Shown one piece after another: positions 25,975-39,692 of a DNA stretch of 64,000 bases. Each line of letters opens with the position of its first letter. The stretch's first letter is position 1. The DNA is taken from the NCBI GenBank assembly GCA_964016885.1, contig OZ024743.1:24118001-24182000 (forward strand), given 5' to 3'. A program made the translations under genes and the position numbers. The stretch is from Eledone cirrhosa (Eukaryota). The notes beneath the pieces were generated by a model. That model saw only the letters and a list, made by a program, of their open reading frames with translations. It was not told the origin of the DNA and did not search any database.

Positions 25975-28597
25975 TCAAAGCTGTTAGCTGGGCCCGCGTG
26001 ACAGAAGCCAAAAGAGGGATCAGATCCACTATCCGGTCTTTGCGAGACCAGGATGGACGGTCGATCCTTGAACCTAAGCAGATGTGCGAGGCTTTTCAAA
26101 ATCGCTTTGCCGGATTGTTCGGAAGGGGCGGGGAGCCGGTTGGGGATGTGGACTTCGGTCCATACCTCGACGGCCTGCCGCGTCTCTCGGACAGGGAGGC
26201 GAAGTCCTGCGAGGAGCCGATTGCAGCTGCTGAGATAGAGGATGTGCTGAGCCAATGCGGCAAACGCAAATCCCCGGGTCTCGATGGTCTTCCATACGAA
26301 CTATATCTAGCTATGCCGGACTTGTTCCCCGATCTCCTCGAGGCGGTCTACTGCAACTGGCAACAGAACGGGAGAATTCCCTGTGCTGTGACCAAGGGCG
26401 TAGTTACGCTAGTGAGGAAGGACGAGAACAAGGGGGACGATATAAATAATTTCAGGCCCATAACTCTGCTAAATACAGAGTTACAGATTTTGGCCAAGGT
26501 GCTAGCAAAGAGGTTGGCGCTTGTCGTGGGCAACCTGGTGGGAGATGCGCAGACATGTGCTATCGCGTCCAGGTCCATCCACGACAACCTCCACCTCATG
26601 CGATACATCATAGAGAGGGTTGGGAACGAACCCGGCTTTGGTGGGGCCCTGATCAACTTGGAATAATCTAAGGCATTCGATAGGGTCGACCATGGTTACC
26701 TGGATACGGTGTTAGCGGCGGCAGGCTTCGGACCCGTTTTCAGGGGCTGGATCAATGTCATGCACAGCAGCCGTATCTGCTCTAGGGTCAAGGTGAACGG
26801 CTACCTCTCGGAGCCGTTCGAAATCGCGCGGTCCATCCGACAGGGGTGCCCTCTCTCCTCCCTTCTGTATGTAATGACTCTAGAGCCACTGCTGCGGAAG
26901 TTGGAGTTGTTGCAGGGCATCCCGTTGGAACCGGGATTGCGGAAAGCGGTGTCGGCCTACGCCGACGACGTAACAGTAATGGTGTCTACGGCCTCGGAAA
27001 TCGGGGCGATCGGCACCTTACTAGAAGAGTACGAAAGGTTTACAGGGGCTAAGCTGAACCGGGACAAGTCGATCGGTCTGCAACTCGGCACGTAGAGGGG
27101 CAGATCGATGCCCTCCGATGGCGTCGTCGGGCGCTGGACGTAGGGCCCGGTGAAGTTGCTCGGGGTCTGGTTCGGACCAGACCTCCAGGTGAAGAAGAAC
27201 TGGGGTGAGGTAACGAACAGAGTGTTTGCACTGACCCAGAAGTGGGCCGAGTGCAAAGTGTCCCTGAAAGGTCGTGCGGAGGTGGCGAACACTTATATAG
27301 CGTCCGTCATCTACTACCGCCTTACAGTTGTGCCTTGCCCAAGGGAAACGCTCGCCAAAATGGAGCGCGCACTCTTCCAATTCCGTTGGAAGAAGCGGGC
27401 TCCTATGGTGAGGAGATCCATCTGCTGTCAATACCCTTCGAAAGGAAGGCTGGGGATGCCGTGGCTAATGATACGTAAACACGCATTAAGGCTACGGCAC
27501 CTCCTGGTATTCCTATACGGTCAACCGGTGTGGACCCCGTTTGTGAGGCGAGCCTTTTCCAGACTCGTCTCACTCACCGAGCTGCAATCCTGGGTCAAGC
27601 AAAGACCGAGAAAACTGGGCGCCTGGCACACCGAGCGTGCCCAGGCGCTCATGGCTATCTGGCAGGCGGACCCGACTGTCAGTGGAGAATCCACCTTCTA
27701 TAGAGGGCTGGTGGTTAGCAGGTGCGACGACGCCCTCGGAGAAGCTCTAGGTATGAAGGAAGACGAACTGGCCAACCTGTTCGGTAGGACATTCAGCCCG
27801 GGACCCATGGATAACTTCCAGAGGTCCCTGGCCTGGCAGTGCTACAGAAGGGCTCTGCCCGTTCGAGAAAGGCTCTACAGACACGGGCGCCCGGGTAGGG
27901 ACCCCTCGAAAAAGATCTGTCCCAGATGCGTGTGCGACGAGGAAACCGTTGCACACGCATTGGTACACCGCTCGCGCATTGCTGATCTGTGGGGCTATGT
28001 CGAACAACTGCTGTCAAGGGTGGGACCGATCCGGTTGACCACCGAGTCTATTGTGATGATCAAGCCGCCTCCCCCCTTCAAAGATGAAGCAGAGGCGGTG
28101 TTTCTGTGCGTAATAGCCATGGCGAAAGAGGTTGTATGGTGGACGCGTCTGAAAGGACTGAGGTCAGGCACCTTTCTCTCTGGCCAACAACTGGTCCGTT
28201 TCTTCCGATATCATTTCGGAAGAAGGATCAGGATGGAGAGAGAGGTGCTGCACCCCAGCCGTTTCTATGAAAGATGGGTGAAAGTGGCGAGAATGGCCCG
28301 TGTGAATGGGCCTTCACTCTACATCAGACTATAGGTGAGGAAGATGAAAGACCAAGGGAGCACCCCTTCTCTGTGCTCCTGAGGAAAAGGGTTGCACACT
28401 TTTTTTCGGGGGTGTGTGCGACCTCCCAAGGCGGCTCCTCTCTATTGAGGATTTTGTTATAAATTTTATTCTGTTATATTTTATTTTATTTTTATATTTT
28501 GTTATTGCCTCCTCCTTATTGAGGACGCCTTGTTTTGTAAACTTCCCCCATTGTACTTGTCCCACTTTTGATGCTCTGGTGGCAAATAAAAGAAACA
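25975..28597 (+). mobile_element. Tx1/L1-clade LINE copy 3 (longest; full RT domain, pseudogenised)
   Basis: KSPGLDGLP, FRPITLLNTE, (D)xSKAFDRV, QGCPLS, YADD, CCHC; in-frame stops at ~26664, ~27093 and ~27141. Confidence 0.95.
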
Positions 28598-28608
28598 TTT
28601 CTATCTAT

Positions 28609-28849
28609 GTAGGTTGAGGAAAAAGAGGAAGAGAAGAAAGGAGTACAAACTCTTCGTACTCCTGGAGATGAGGGGTTGCACGTTTTTTCGGGGGTATGTG
28701 TTACCCATATGTAATGTCTGCCCCTCTTGGAGAAAATCGATTAATTTTTAAATTGCATTTGTGATAGTATTTTACACGTTTTTATTGTATGTAAACTCCC
28801 CCTTTGTATTGTCCCCTTCTTTTGTGCTCCTCTGGCTAATAAAGAAACA
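28609..28849 (+). mobile_element. Tx1 LINE copy 4, 3' UTR only (diverged subfamily)
   Basis: Homologous to 28963-29190; ends AATAAAGAAACA-TATCTATCTATCTA. Confidence 0.8.
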
Positions 28850-28862
28850 TATCTATCTATCT

Positions 28863-29190
28863 AGGATGGAGAGAGAGGTGCTGTACCCCAGCAAATTTTA
28901 TAAAAGGTGGATGAATGTGGCAAAGATGGCCCGAGTGGTTGGGCCTTCTCTCTATATAAGCCTGTAGGTTGAGGAAAAAGAGGAAGAGAGGAAGGGAGTA
29001 CTCACTCTTGGTGCTCCTGGAGATGAGGGTTGTACATTCTTTCGGGGTGTGTACAACCCCTGTGTAACGCCTCCCCCCTAATGGGGATATCAATTGTTAT
29101 TTGTTATTTTATTAATAGTTTTATTTTCATATGTAAACTCCCCATTTGTATTTGTCCCCTTCTTTTGTGCCCTTGTGGCTAATAAAGACA
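28863..29190 (+). mobile_element. Tx1 LINE copy 5, last ~33 codons plus 3' UTR
   Basis: RMEREVLYPSKFYKRWMNVAKMARVVGPSLYISL* matches the C-terminus of copies 1-3. Confidence 0.85.
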
Positions 29191-29374
29191 TTTATACCGC
29201 CCTACCTTTATATCTCTCTCTATATCTATATATCTGTCTGTATATCTTTCTTTGACTGTCTATCTTTCTATATAATTTATCTATTCATTTATTTATTTCA
29301 ATTGTCAATATATTTATCTCCGTGTACTTTGTAATGTTTTGCTATGTCCTTCCGTATGAGACAGGTGGGAGTGG

Positions 29375-32300
29375 GGTTTCTGGTGGTGGTGGTGGTGTGT
29401 GTGGTTCTGGTGGTGGTGGTGTGTGTGGTGGTGGTGTGGTGGTATGTTGTGGTGGTGGTGGTGGTAGTGTGTGGTTCTGGTGGTGGTGGTGTGTGTGGTG
29501 GTGGTGTGGTGGTATGTTGTGGTGGTGGTGGTGGTAGTGTGTGGTTCTGGTGGTGGTGGTGGTGGTTGTGTGGTTCTGGAGGTGGTGGTGGTGTGGTTGT
29601 AAGTTGTGGTGGTGGTGGTGTGGTGGTAAGTTGTGGTGGTGGTGGTGGTAGTGTGTGGTTCTGGTGGTGGTGGTGGTTGTGTGGTTCTGGAGGTGGTGGT
29701 GTGTGGTTCTGGTGGTGGTGGTGGTATGTTGTGGTGGTGGTGGTGGTAGTGTGTGGTTCTGGTTCTGGTGGTGGTGTGTGTGGTTCTGGTGGTGGTGGTG
29801 TGTGTTGTTCTTGTGGTGGTGGTGGGTGTGTTGTTCTGGTGCTGGTGGTGGTGTGTGTGGTGGTGGTGGTGGCGGTGTGAGGTTCTGGTGGTGGTAGTGG
29901 TATGTTGTTCTGGTGGTGGAGGTGGTGGTGTGTGGTTCTGGTGGTGGTGGTGGTGGTGTGTGTGGTGGTGGTGGTAGCGGTGGTGGTGTGTTGTTCTGGT
30001 GGTGGTGGTGTGTGTGGTTCTGGTGGTGGTGGTGTGTGGCACTGGTGGTGGTGGTGGTGGTGTGTGTGGTGGTGGTGGTGGCGGTGGTGGTATGTTGTTC
30101 TGGTGGTGGTGGTGGTATGTGGTTCTGGTGGTGGTGGTGGTGGTATGTGGTTCTGGTGGTGGTAGTGGTGGTGGTGTGTTGTTCTGGGAGTGGTGGTGGT
30201 ATGTTGTTCTGGTGGTGGTGGTGGTGGTGGTGTGTGGTTCTGGTGGTGGTGTGTGGTTCTGGTGGTGGTGGTGGTGGTGGTATGTGGTTCTGGTGGTGGT
30301 GATGGTGTGTTGTTCTGGGAGTGGTGGTGGTATGTTGTTCTGGTGGTGGTGGTGGTGGTGGTGTGTGGTTCTGGTGGTGGTGGTGGTGGTGGTATGTGGT
30401 TCTGGTGGTGGTGGTGGTGTGTTGTTCTGGGAGTGGTGGTGGTATGTTGTTCTGGTGGTGGTGGTGGTGGTGTGTGGTTCTGGTGGTGGTGGTGGTGGTG
30501 GTATGTGGTTCTGGTGGTGGTGGTGGTGTGTTGTTCTGGGAGTGGTGGTGGTATGTTGTTCTGGTGGTGGTGGTGGTATGTGGTTCTGGTGGTGGTGGTG
30601 GTGGTGGTGGTATGTGGTTCTGGTGGTGGTGGTGGTGTGTTGTTCTTGGAGTGGTGGTGGTGTGTTGTTCTGGTGGTGGTGGTGGAGGTATGCTGTTCTG
30701 GTGGTGTTGGTGGTGGTGGTGTGTGTTGTTCTGGTGGTGGTGGTGGTGGTGTGTGTTGTTCTGGTGGTGTTGGTGGTGGTGGTGGTGTGTTGTTCTGGTG
30801 GTGGTGGTGGTGGTGGTGTGTTGTTCTGGTGGTGGTGGTGGTGGTGGTGGTGTGTTGTTCTGGTGGTGGTGGTGGTGGTGGTGGTGTGTTGTTCTGGTGG
30901 TGGTGGTGGTGTGTTGTTCTGGTGGTGGTGGTGGAGGTATGTTGTTCTGGTGGTGGTGGTGGTGGTGGTGTGTGTTGTTCTGGTGGCGGTGGTGGTGGTG
31001 TGTTGTTCTGGTGGTGGTGGTGGTGGTATGTTGTTCTGGTGGTGGTGGTGTGTGTTGTTCTGGTGGTGGTGGTGGTGGTATGTGGTTCTGGTGGTGGTGG
31101 TGTGTTGTTCTGGTGGTGGTGGTGGTATGTGGTTCTGGTGGTGGTGGTGGTGGTGTGTTGTTCTGGTGGTGGTGGTAGTGGAGGTGGTGTGTTGTTCTGG
31201 TGGTGGTGGTGTGTTGTTCTGGTGGTGGTGGTGGTGTGTTGTTCTGGTGGTGGTGGTGGTGGTGTGTTGTTCTGGTGGTGGTGGTAGTGGTGGTGGTGTG
31301 TTGTTCTGGTGGTGGTGGTGGTGTGTTGTTCTGGTGGTGGTGGTGTGTTGTTCTGGTGGTGGTGGTGGTGGTATGTTGTTCTGGTGGTGGTGGTGTGTGT
31401 TGTTCTGGTGGTGGTGGTAGTGGTGGTGTGTGTTGTTCTGGTGGTGGTGGTGGTGGTATGTGGTTCTGGTGGTGGTGGTGGTGTGTTGTTCTGGTGGTGG
31501 TGGTGGTATGTGGTTCTGGTGGTGGTGGTGGTGGTGTGTTGTTCTGGTGGTGGTGGTGGTGTGTGATTCTGGTGGTGGTGGTGGAGGTGTGTTGTTCTGG
31601 TGGTGGTGGTGGTGTGTGATTCTGGTGGTGGTGGTGTGTGGTATGTTGTCTGGTGGTGGTAGAGGTGTGGTGTGTTGTTCTGGTGGTGGTGGTGGTGGTG
31701 TGTTCTTCTGGTGGTGGTATGTTGTTCTGGTGGTGGTGGTGTGTTGTTCTGGTGGTGGGGGTGGTGTGTTGTTCTGGTGGTGGTGGTGGTGGTGTGTTGT
31801 TCTGGTGGTGGTGGTGGTGGTGGTGGTGTGTGTTGTTCTGGTGGTGCTGGTGTGTTGTTCTGGTGGTGGTGGTGGTGTGTGGTTCTGGTGGTGGTGGTGG
31901 TGGTGGTATGTTGTTCTGGTGGTGGTGGTGTGTTGTTCTGGTGGTGGTGGCGGTGGTGTGTGGTTCTGGTGGTGGTGGTGGTGGTGGTGGTGGTGGTATG
32001 TTTTTCTGGTGGTGGTGGTGGTGTGTTGTTCTGGTGGTGTGTTGTTCTGGTGGTGGTGATGGTGGTATGTTGTCCTGGTGGTGGTGGTATGTTGTCCTGG
32101 TGGTGGTGGTGGTGTGTTGTTCTGGTGGTGGTGGTGGTGTGTTGTTCTGGTGGTGGTGGTGGTGTGTTGTTCTGGTGGTGGTGGTGGTGGTATGTTGTCC
32201 TGGTGGTGGTGGTGTGTTGTCCTGGTGGTGGTGGTGGTGGTATGTTGTCCTGGTGGTGTTGGTATGTTGCCCTGGTGGTGGTGGTGGTGGTATGTTGTCC

Positions 32301-32425
32301 TGGTGGTGGTGGTGGTGGTGTGTTGTTCTGGTGGTGGTGGTGGTGGTATGTTGTCCTGGTGGTGGTGGTGGTGGTGTGTTGTTCTGGTGGTGGTGGTGGT
32401 GGTATGTTGACCTGGTGGTGGTGTG
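29375..32425. repeat. ~3 kb (TGG)n-based minisatellite
   Basis: Units TGT(G/T)GTTCT(GGT)n and TGTTGTCCT(GGT)n. Confidence 0.95.
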
Positions 32426-32576
32426 TCTATAGGGGTGGCCCGCCACGATGGACATGGAATGTGAAATGATGGTCATTCATCCACTAAATGAAAATGACCT
32501 TTTTACGCCGTTCACTTGCTGAGCCTCCTTTCTGAGCTGGACAAGTGTGGACACCTGATAGGGATCAGATATTATC

Positions 32577-32689
32577 TAGTAGTAGTAGTAGTGGTGGTAG
32601 TGGTAGTAGTGGTAGTGGTAGTGGCGGTGGTGGTAGTAGTAGTAATAGTAGTAGTAGTGGTAGTGGTGGTGGTGGTAGTTGTGGTGGTG

Positions 32690-32721
<32 letters not shown>

Positions 32722-33255
32722 GATGGTAGTAGTAGTGGTGGCGGTGGTGGTTGTAGTAGTAGTAGTAGTGGTGGTGGTGGTAGTAGTAGTAGTAGTGGCG
32801 GTTGTGGTAGTAGTAGTAGTGGCGGTTGTGGTAGTAGTAGTAGTAGTAATGGTGGTGGTGGTAGTTGTGGTGGCGGTAGTAGTAGTAGTAGTACTAGCAG
32901 TAGTAGTGGTGGTAGTAGTGGTTGTAGTAGTAGTAGTAGTAGTGGTGGTGGTGGTGGTGGTAGTAGTAGTGGTAGTGGTGGTGGTGGTAGTAGTGGTGGT
33001 GGTAGTAGTAGTGGTGGTGGTGGTGTTAGTAGTAGTGGGAGTGGTAGTGGTGGTGGTGGTAGTAGTAGTGGTGGTAGTAGTAGTGGTAGTAGTAGTAGTG
33101 GTAGTAGTAATAGTAATAGTAATAGTAGTAGTAGTGTTAGTAGTAGTAGTAGTAATTGTATTATTAGCAGCAGTAGTAGCAGTAGTAGCAGTAATTGTAG
33201 TAGAAGTAGTGGTAGTTGTAGTAAAAGTAGTGGTAGTAGTAGTTGTAGTAGTAGC

Positions 33256-33303
<48 letters not shown>

Positions 33304-33310
33304 TGTTGTG
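32577..33310. repeat. (AGT)n/(GGT)n compound repeat
   Basis: Direct reading. Confidence 0.9.
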
Positions 33311-33713
33311 ATTATGAGGTGTTATTCTTGTTTTTATATAACCATAGGTAATCACAAACCAAGGAAGAATGTGATCAAAGGCAGAAGATCGTTGCCTTTA
33401 TCAGTCGGCATTAAGACAAAGTACGCTTCCTATTGCATTCTCAAATTTCCCCCAGATATTTGGATCAATTAATAATGTAGAAGTTATCTGCCTTGCATAC
33501 GGTTTTTAGATTTCAAGCCTCCGTTCTATTCCGCGAGGATAATCTCAGTTAAATGAAGCTTTTTCACTCTAAATATATAAAATGTAAGACTCTACCGTAT
33601 GTATTTACAACATGTAGAACGCCCCATTTATGTATTTTTATCTCTACATATTACACACAACACACACACAAATACACACATACACACACACATACACACA
33701 CACATACACACAT

Positions 33714-33839
<126 letters not shown>

Positions 33840-34081
33840 TCTTTTATCTCTCTTCAATAAAATGTTTTCCCCATTTCTTCTCTTTACTCTCGTCTATCGT
33901 TTTATCTCTTCTTTTATCTCTCATTCTATCTTCTGATGAAAGACTAACATCCGAAACATTATGACATGATTCCTACTATATCAAGCGTTAAACTAATATA
34001 TATCTTCATTGTACTTTATCGTTTCCCTGCGTTGTTTGTTTTCACACACACACACATATATATATATATTATATATATATA

Positions 34082-34644
34082 CAGGGGTTGGACAAAATAA
34101 TGGAAACACCTAGCATCATAGCATCATAATTTTGAAATATCTATAAAACCGTCAAAAGCTTGTTTATTTTTATTGTTCCCGAGGTGGTCATTAAGCTCTG
34201 CAGTACTTTTGGGAGCTGTACTTTTGTGATCCTTTCTAACAATTCACGTAAGAGTCCGACGGTCTCTATCTGAAAGTTTTGGTTTCTTTCGGAGTTTTGT
34301 TTCGACGAGGAGGTTTTTCCCTCTTTCTCAAAGGCTGTCATTACTTTCGAGACAGTACCTCCTGATACACCAAACATTTCGGCTGTTTTCGTTACGCTAG
34401 CGCCTGCCATACGAGCACCAACAATTTGACCTCTTTGAAAGTCCGATAGATCTGTCATTTTAATGAATTTTAATTACTTTTTCTGATTAAATCTGAAAAG
34501 AAACAGCAATTCTAACAAAATATATTAAGCAACACTAATAATAAATAAAAAAAACATAAAAATAAACAAGCTTTTGACGGTTTTATAGATATTTCAAAAT
34601 TATGATGCTATGATGCTAGGTGTTTCCATTATTTTGTCCAACCC

Positions 34645-34647
<3 letters not shown>
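34082..34647 (-). mobile_element. Internally deleted Tc1 transposon (566 bp) with ~90 bp TIRs and a transposase N-terminal remnant
   Basis: TA-CAGGGGTTGGACAAAATAATGGAAACACC..GGTGTTTCCATTATTTTGTCCAACCCCTG-TA; MTDLSDFQRGQIVGARMAGASVTKTAEMFGVS..TVSKV, frameshift, then KLSDRDRRTL..STAELNDHL; no DDE domain. Confidence 0.92.
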
Positions 34648-34682
<35 letters not shown>

Positions 34683-34684
34683 AT

Positions 34685-34806
<122 letters not shown>

Positions 34807-35865
34807 GTATATACATATATACTTACACACCACACACACATACACACCACACACACACACAGACACACAGACACACATACATAAAAAATATAATATAAAT
34901 TGATATAGTTTAACTGTTTAACTGAAGAATTATTCCGCCTCCCCTCCACTGAATAATGGCTATAGAAATATTCGTTTCCCGTCAGCATATGCTGTTAACT
35001 CTTTTAATTACAATATTTTTCTTTTCATTTTCATATTATTATTCGTCAATCAAACCCCTGTTGCTCGTTCTATGGTCTATCTGCGACTCAAGTGCGACAA
35101 GTTAATCGCCTTAATGCCGTTGACTTAACACTGATGCTTGTTAATCCATTTTACGCACAATATCCGAAAACGAGAGCAGCTTACTCACTGAGGGTTAGGT
35201 CTGTTACTTAACAAAAGGGGGATTTAATTTTTTCTACATTGAAGTGCTTAACCAACTCCAAGTAGATATTATATTGTTATACTATAACTGTACTTGTTGC
35301 TGGTGGTTGAATTCTATAGAATTCGTTCTAGTTGGGGAACTAGGTGTAGTTGTAGCAATAGTGGTTTTGTATGAACTGTGGGGCTTGAAATAAGGGACAG
35401 GGGGATTCTGTCTTTTAATTAGTAAGTAGAAGCAATACTCATACACGTTACTTTTGTCAATAGCTACCTTAAACCTATCAGGTAGAAATTAGTAGGATGA
35501 ACGCAGAATTTGAATTTTTGTAGATTTACGTCTTGTTTGGCGTATGAACGGGATTAAAGTTAGGTGGAGTTTTCTAGATACACAATCTCTCTCTTCACCA
35601 GCAAGAGAAATATGGCTTAAGAGAACGAGAAATAATCAATGATGCAGTAGCTATTTTAGATATAGAGAGAAGAGAGCCTCCGATATGTTACTCATTGCCC
35701 CAGACATACCTCGACGGTTTCTACTTCAGCTGTTAAATGCTGCAGGCGAAAGCAGATTGGAGTGGCAGGAGAACCTCTTGGTTTAATAAAGTGATCTGGA
35801 GAGTAAGATATTCTCTCAGAGAAACTTAAGTACCTGTACATGTCACGTCTGTGAAGCAGAGTTTA

Positions 35866-36011
35866 AATATTCATTTTATTAAGGCTAAATAGTGAGGCTT
35901 GTTACTCTGGAGTTTCAGCTGATTCTCACAGGATCATCTAATGCCCTTGTGAGAGGCAGGCGAAACTCCAGAGTAAAAGGATTCACTATTTAGCCTTAAT
36001 AAAATGAATAT
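35866..36011. repeat. Imperfect fold-back element with degenerate hammerhead
   Basis: ATATTCATTTTATTAAGGCTAAATAGTGA..TCACTATTTAGCCTTAATAAAATGAATAT; internal CTAATGC..CGAAACTCCAGAGTA. Confidence 0.7.
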
Positions 36012-36129
36012 ATATATATATATATGAAAATGTTTAACCCCGACGGCAGAGCTCAAGCCGTTTCAACGGCTATTCTGGACTAAATTAGAATTTTTAGCGT
36101 GTTAATTCCACGCTAAAAGTTCAAATTCG

Positions 36130-36699
36130 CCGACCCTTGTTGAAAATTATAGAGGCTGGATTCTTATAGAATTCCAATAATAATCAGTAACTGATTATAC
36201 AGAGCGATTGCCGGTCCAGCAAAAATTGAAAATTAGGATTGGTGCTCTGAAATAGCGATGTATACATGAATGTATGTATAGTATATCTGGCGATATACTG
36301 TATGTTTAATTAAAAACATTTCGAAGACCTTGCGGTATTATTTTAAAGTAGTGGGTATGTCACTTACTTCTTTTTTCAACAAGGGAAGGGGGATAAGTTG
36401 ACAGATCTGTCTCACACTGTTGGTGTTTATCAGAGCTTAGCTGGACCAGCAATCGATCTGTATAATCAGTTCCTGATTTTTACTGGAATTCTATATAAGA
36501 ATCTAGCCTCTATAATTTTCAACAAAGGTCGGCGTGTTCTAAGCTCTGATGAACACCAACAGAAGTGTCAGCTTATCTCCCTTCCCTTATTGAAAAAAGA
36601 AGTAAGTGACATAGTCAGTACTTTAAAATAATAGCGCAAGGTCTTCAAACTGTTTTTAATTAAACATACAGTATATCGCCAGATATACTATACATACAG

Positions 36700-36700
<1 letters not shown>
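36130..36700. repeat. Interleaved inverted repeats with hammerhead remnants
   Basis: 36130-36220 is inverted at 36440-36531; 36270-36439 is inverted at 36541-36699. Confidence 0.75.
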
Positions 36701-36733
<33 letters not shown>

Positions 36734-36755
36734 TACCTGTTGAGGTATTCATCCA

Positions 36756-37059
<304 letters not shown>

Positions 37060-37089
37060 GATATATATACACTGATATTCTGTGTGTAT

Positions 37090-37258
37090 ATATATAACGA
37101 AATTCACGGGGTATAAAAAAAATTTGTTGTAGCGAAAAATTCTTTATAACGAGATCAACCGAAACAAATCGACCGTTTGTTATCTCGGGGATTGAAAAAA
37201 ATTGCATTATACTGAAAAATTCGTTATAATGGTATTCTTTATAACGGAATTTTACCTG
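37090..37258. mobile_element. pogo/Tigger-like MITE remnant
   Basis: Repeated TATAACGA/TCGTTATAA motifs and right terminus TTATAACGGAATTTTACCTG. Confidence 0.4.
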
Positions 37259-38799
37259 TGTGTGTGCATATATATATATATATATATATGAGAGTATTGA
37301 AGTTTGCTTGAAGCATTGTGGAATAATAAGGTAAATTTCTTTAAGTCGTTTGGAAGCCTCGACAATGCAGATGGGTAAATCTTCGGGTAACAAGATCCGG
37401 TGGTGGAGAGAGATGTAAGTGGGTGTACATTGAGATGCGTGGCGTGTATAAGACTGTAACGTGTAGAGGAATGAAGGAAAGAACGTAAAGGATAAAATAA
37501 AAATAACAACACGAGAAAGAGTTACCTTGGGAGAGATTTAATTGTCCCTATATATTTCGGATTCACATCCATCAACTAGGTTTTATTCCGGGGCGGGGGG
37601 AAGGTTGTCTGTCGGAAAGGTGCGAAACGTGTCCTCCGCTGTTCGTTGTTTTGAATATCTGAGGTATTCAGCACAGCGCGCGTGCGGATGAAATGGGGTC
37701 GGTCAGGCAGAGGTCAGCGGCCGAAGTAGTTCTTTCAATTGTGGAAAGTGGGGTGGCGCTAGCTGTCAGTCCATTCTCTGCCTGTTTGGTGAATGTTACT
37801 GTGTGTGTGTGCGTTACCTTGTTCCTCTGTATTGGCAGTGTAGTATGTTCGTATGGTGGAATGCTACTGTGTGTGTAGCACATGGAAATAAGCGGTTATA
37901 TAGTGCAAATGTTATATGTGTGGCAAGCACTTCCGGGTAGTATTCAATGTCGATTCTCGAAACGTAACAGCCCCCTGTATTGAACTAAAGAACATCAGAC
38001 TACGATCCTCTAACTGGATTGTCGAACGCTCAATATCGAATTGTCGTGGATTATGTGAGGGGCATATAATCTGAAAAATACACTCCCCTGACTATGAAAA
38101 TGTCGAAGTACATGAAGTCCATATCATCCCTTCGCTGTGCACTTCCAATACTTTTAATATTTTTAATGCTTGCACTATTTTTAATGCTTATATCATTTCT
38201 CCACACACAGACTATAACAATCATATAGAGAATTTGCCACCAGATCAACCAACCTAACACTCTTGCTTACCTACCTAAGTGCTTCTACGATACGTAACTC
38301 TCTGCCACACTATATAAACAAGACGCACGTGCTTGCCACACATATAACATTTGCAACCGCTTATTTCCATGTTGTATTTTAACCTGTATTTTTGATTTTT
38401 GATTGTACCTTTTAATATGAATGAAATCTCTAAGTGTGTACTGCCACTCTAAATGCTGTAATGAATGTTGACCCACAATATTTGCATATGTATCTGTATG
38501 TCTCTTGGGTGAAAAGGAGGTCATATAACTGTCCATTCATTAATAAATTGCTTCGAAGAATCCAAACCTCGGTTTGGAGGAAACAGTTGTAAGCACAAAA
38601 TGTTTTGAACAGCTCTTTGATTCTTTTATCTCATATAACTGCTCTGTGAATCATCTGATGTTTTTACATTGAGCTACTTAACTTACTGGTAATAAGGTAG
38701 TAATATATTACTGCCTACCACTATTTAGGGTTTGTATAGAAAAATATATATAACTGCAAAAGGTTTTTGTATTTACATAACCATAAATAGTATAATTAA

Positions 38800-38855
<56 letters not shown>

Positions 38856-38858
38856 CTG

Positions 38859-38918
<60 letters not shown>

Positions 38919-38939
38919 AACACACACATACACACACAC

Positions 38940-39063
<124 letters not shown>

Positions 39064-39238
39064 TATATATAGTGGTAGAAACACTGGAAGGTAATATCAG
39101 TAGTGGTAGACCACTCAGTCCATGGGACGAGTTAGGTAGAAGTGGTTACACAACAGTTAGTTCACCATGCCGAGAATTGGAGAGTTGTGGGGTGCGCGCG
39201 CAACAGGAAGTATATAATATACATATATATATAGAGAG

Positions 39239-39440
39239 AGGAAAAGGTTCAGAACCCCGATGGCAGAGCTCAAGCCGTAACGACGGCTATTTCTGGAGTG
39301 CAGAAATAGCCGTCGTAACTGCTTGAGCTCTGCCGTTGGGGTCTTGAACCTTTTCCTATTACCCATTCTACTACCCTAAGTATCGAGTACTCTGGTGCGT
39401 TATGGTCCTGGTTCATTACCACACTTCCTTCGTTATATAT
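39239..39440 (+). mobile_element. Short TA-embedded element with longer 5' hairpin (family shared with 36891)
   Basis: GGAAAAGGTTCAGAACCCC..GCTATTTCTG-GAGTG-CAGAAATAGC..GAACCTTTTCC; same 3' end. Confidence 0.6.
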
Positions 39441-39657
39441 ATATACGAGGGTAAACAAACAAATATGTTTTGAAGTTCTGCCCGATCTGCTGAAAAGGTT
39501 TGAATTTTGAAATTTAAACTTGTCTAGGTACCAGGCAGTTGCCATTTTACGTCTGTAAGTATAGATTTAATATTTAAAATTCTCTAGATCGATACAGACG
39601 CACTATATGTACTTGAATTAAGGTATTTCTATCTGGCTAAAAAATTATTGTCATTTT

Positions 39658-39692
<35 letters not shown>

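Noticed and set aside
29342-33472. 1044 aa His/Pro/Thr ORF and 268 aa Gly/Ser loricrin-like ORF
   Set aside because: Stop-poor simple repeats open in several frames
33930-33970. CTGATGAAAGACTAACATCCGAAACATTATGAC
   Set aside because: Probably a decayed hammerhead, but stem II and the cleavage triplet are broken, so not called
37880-38371. ~50 bp inverted repeat and weak GIY-YIG-like peptide nearby
   Set aside because: Too short and degraded to assign by eye
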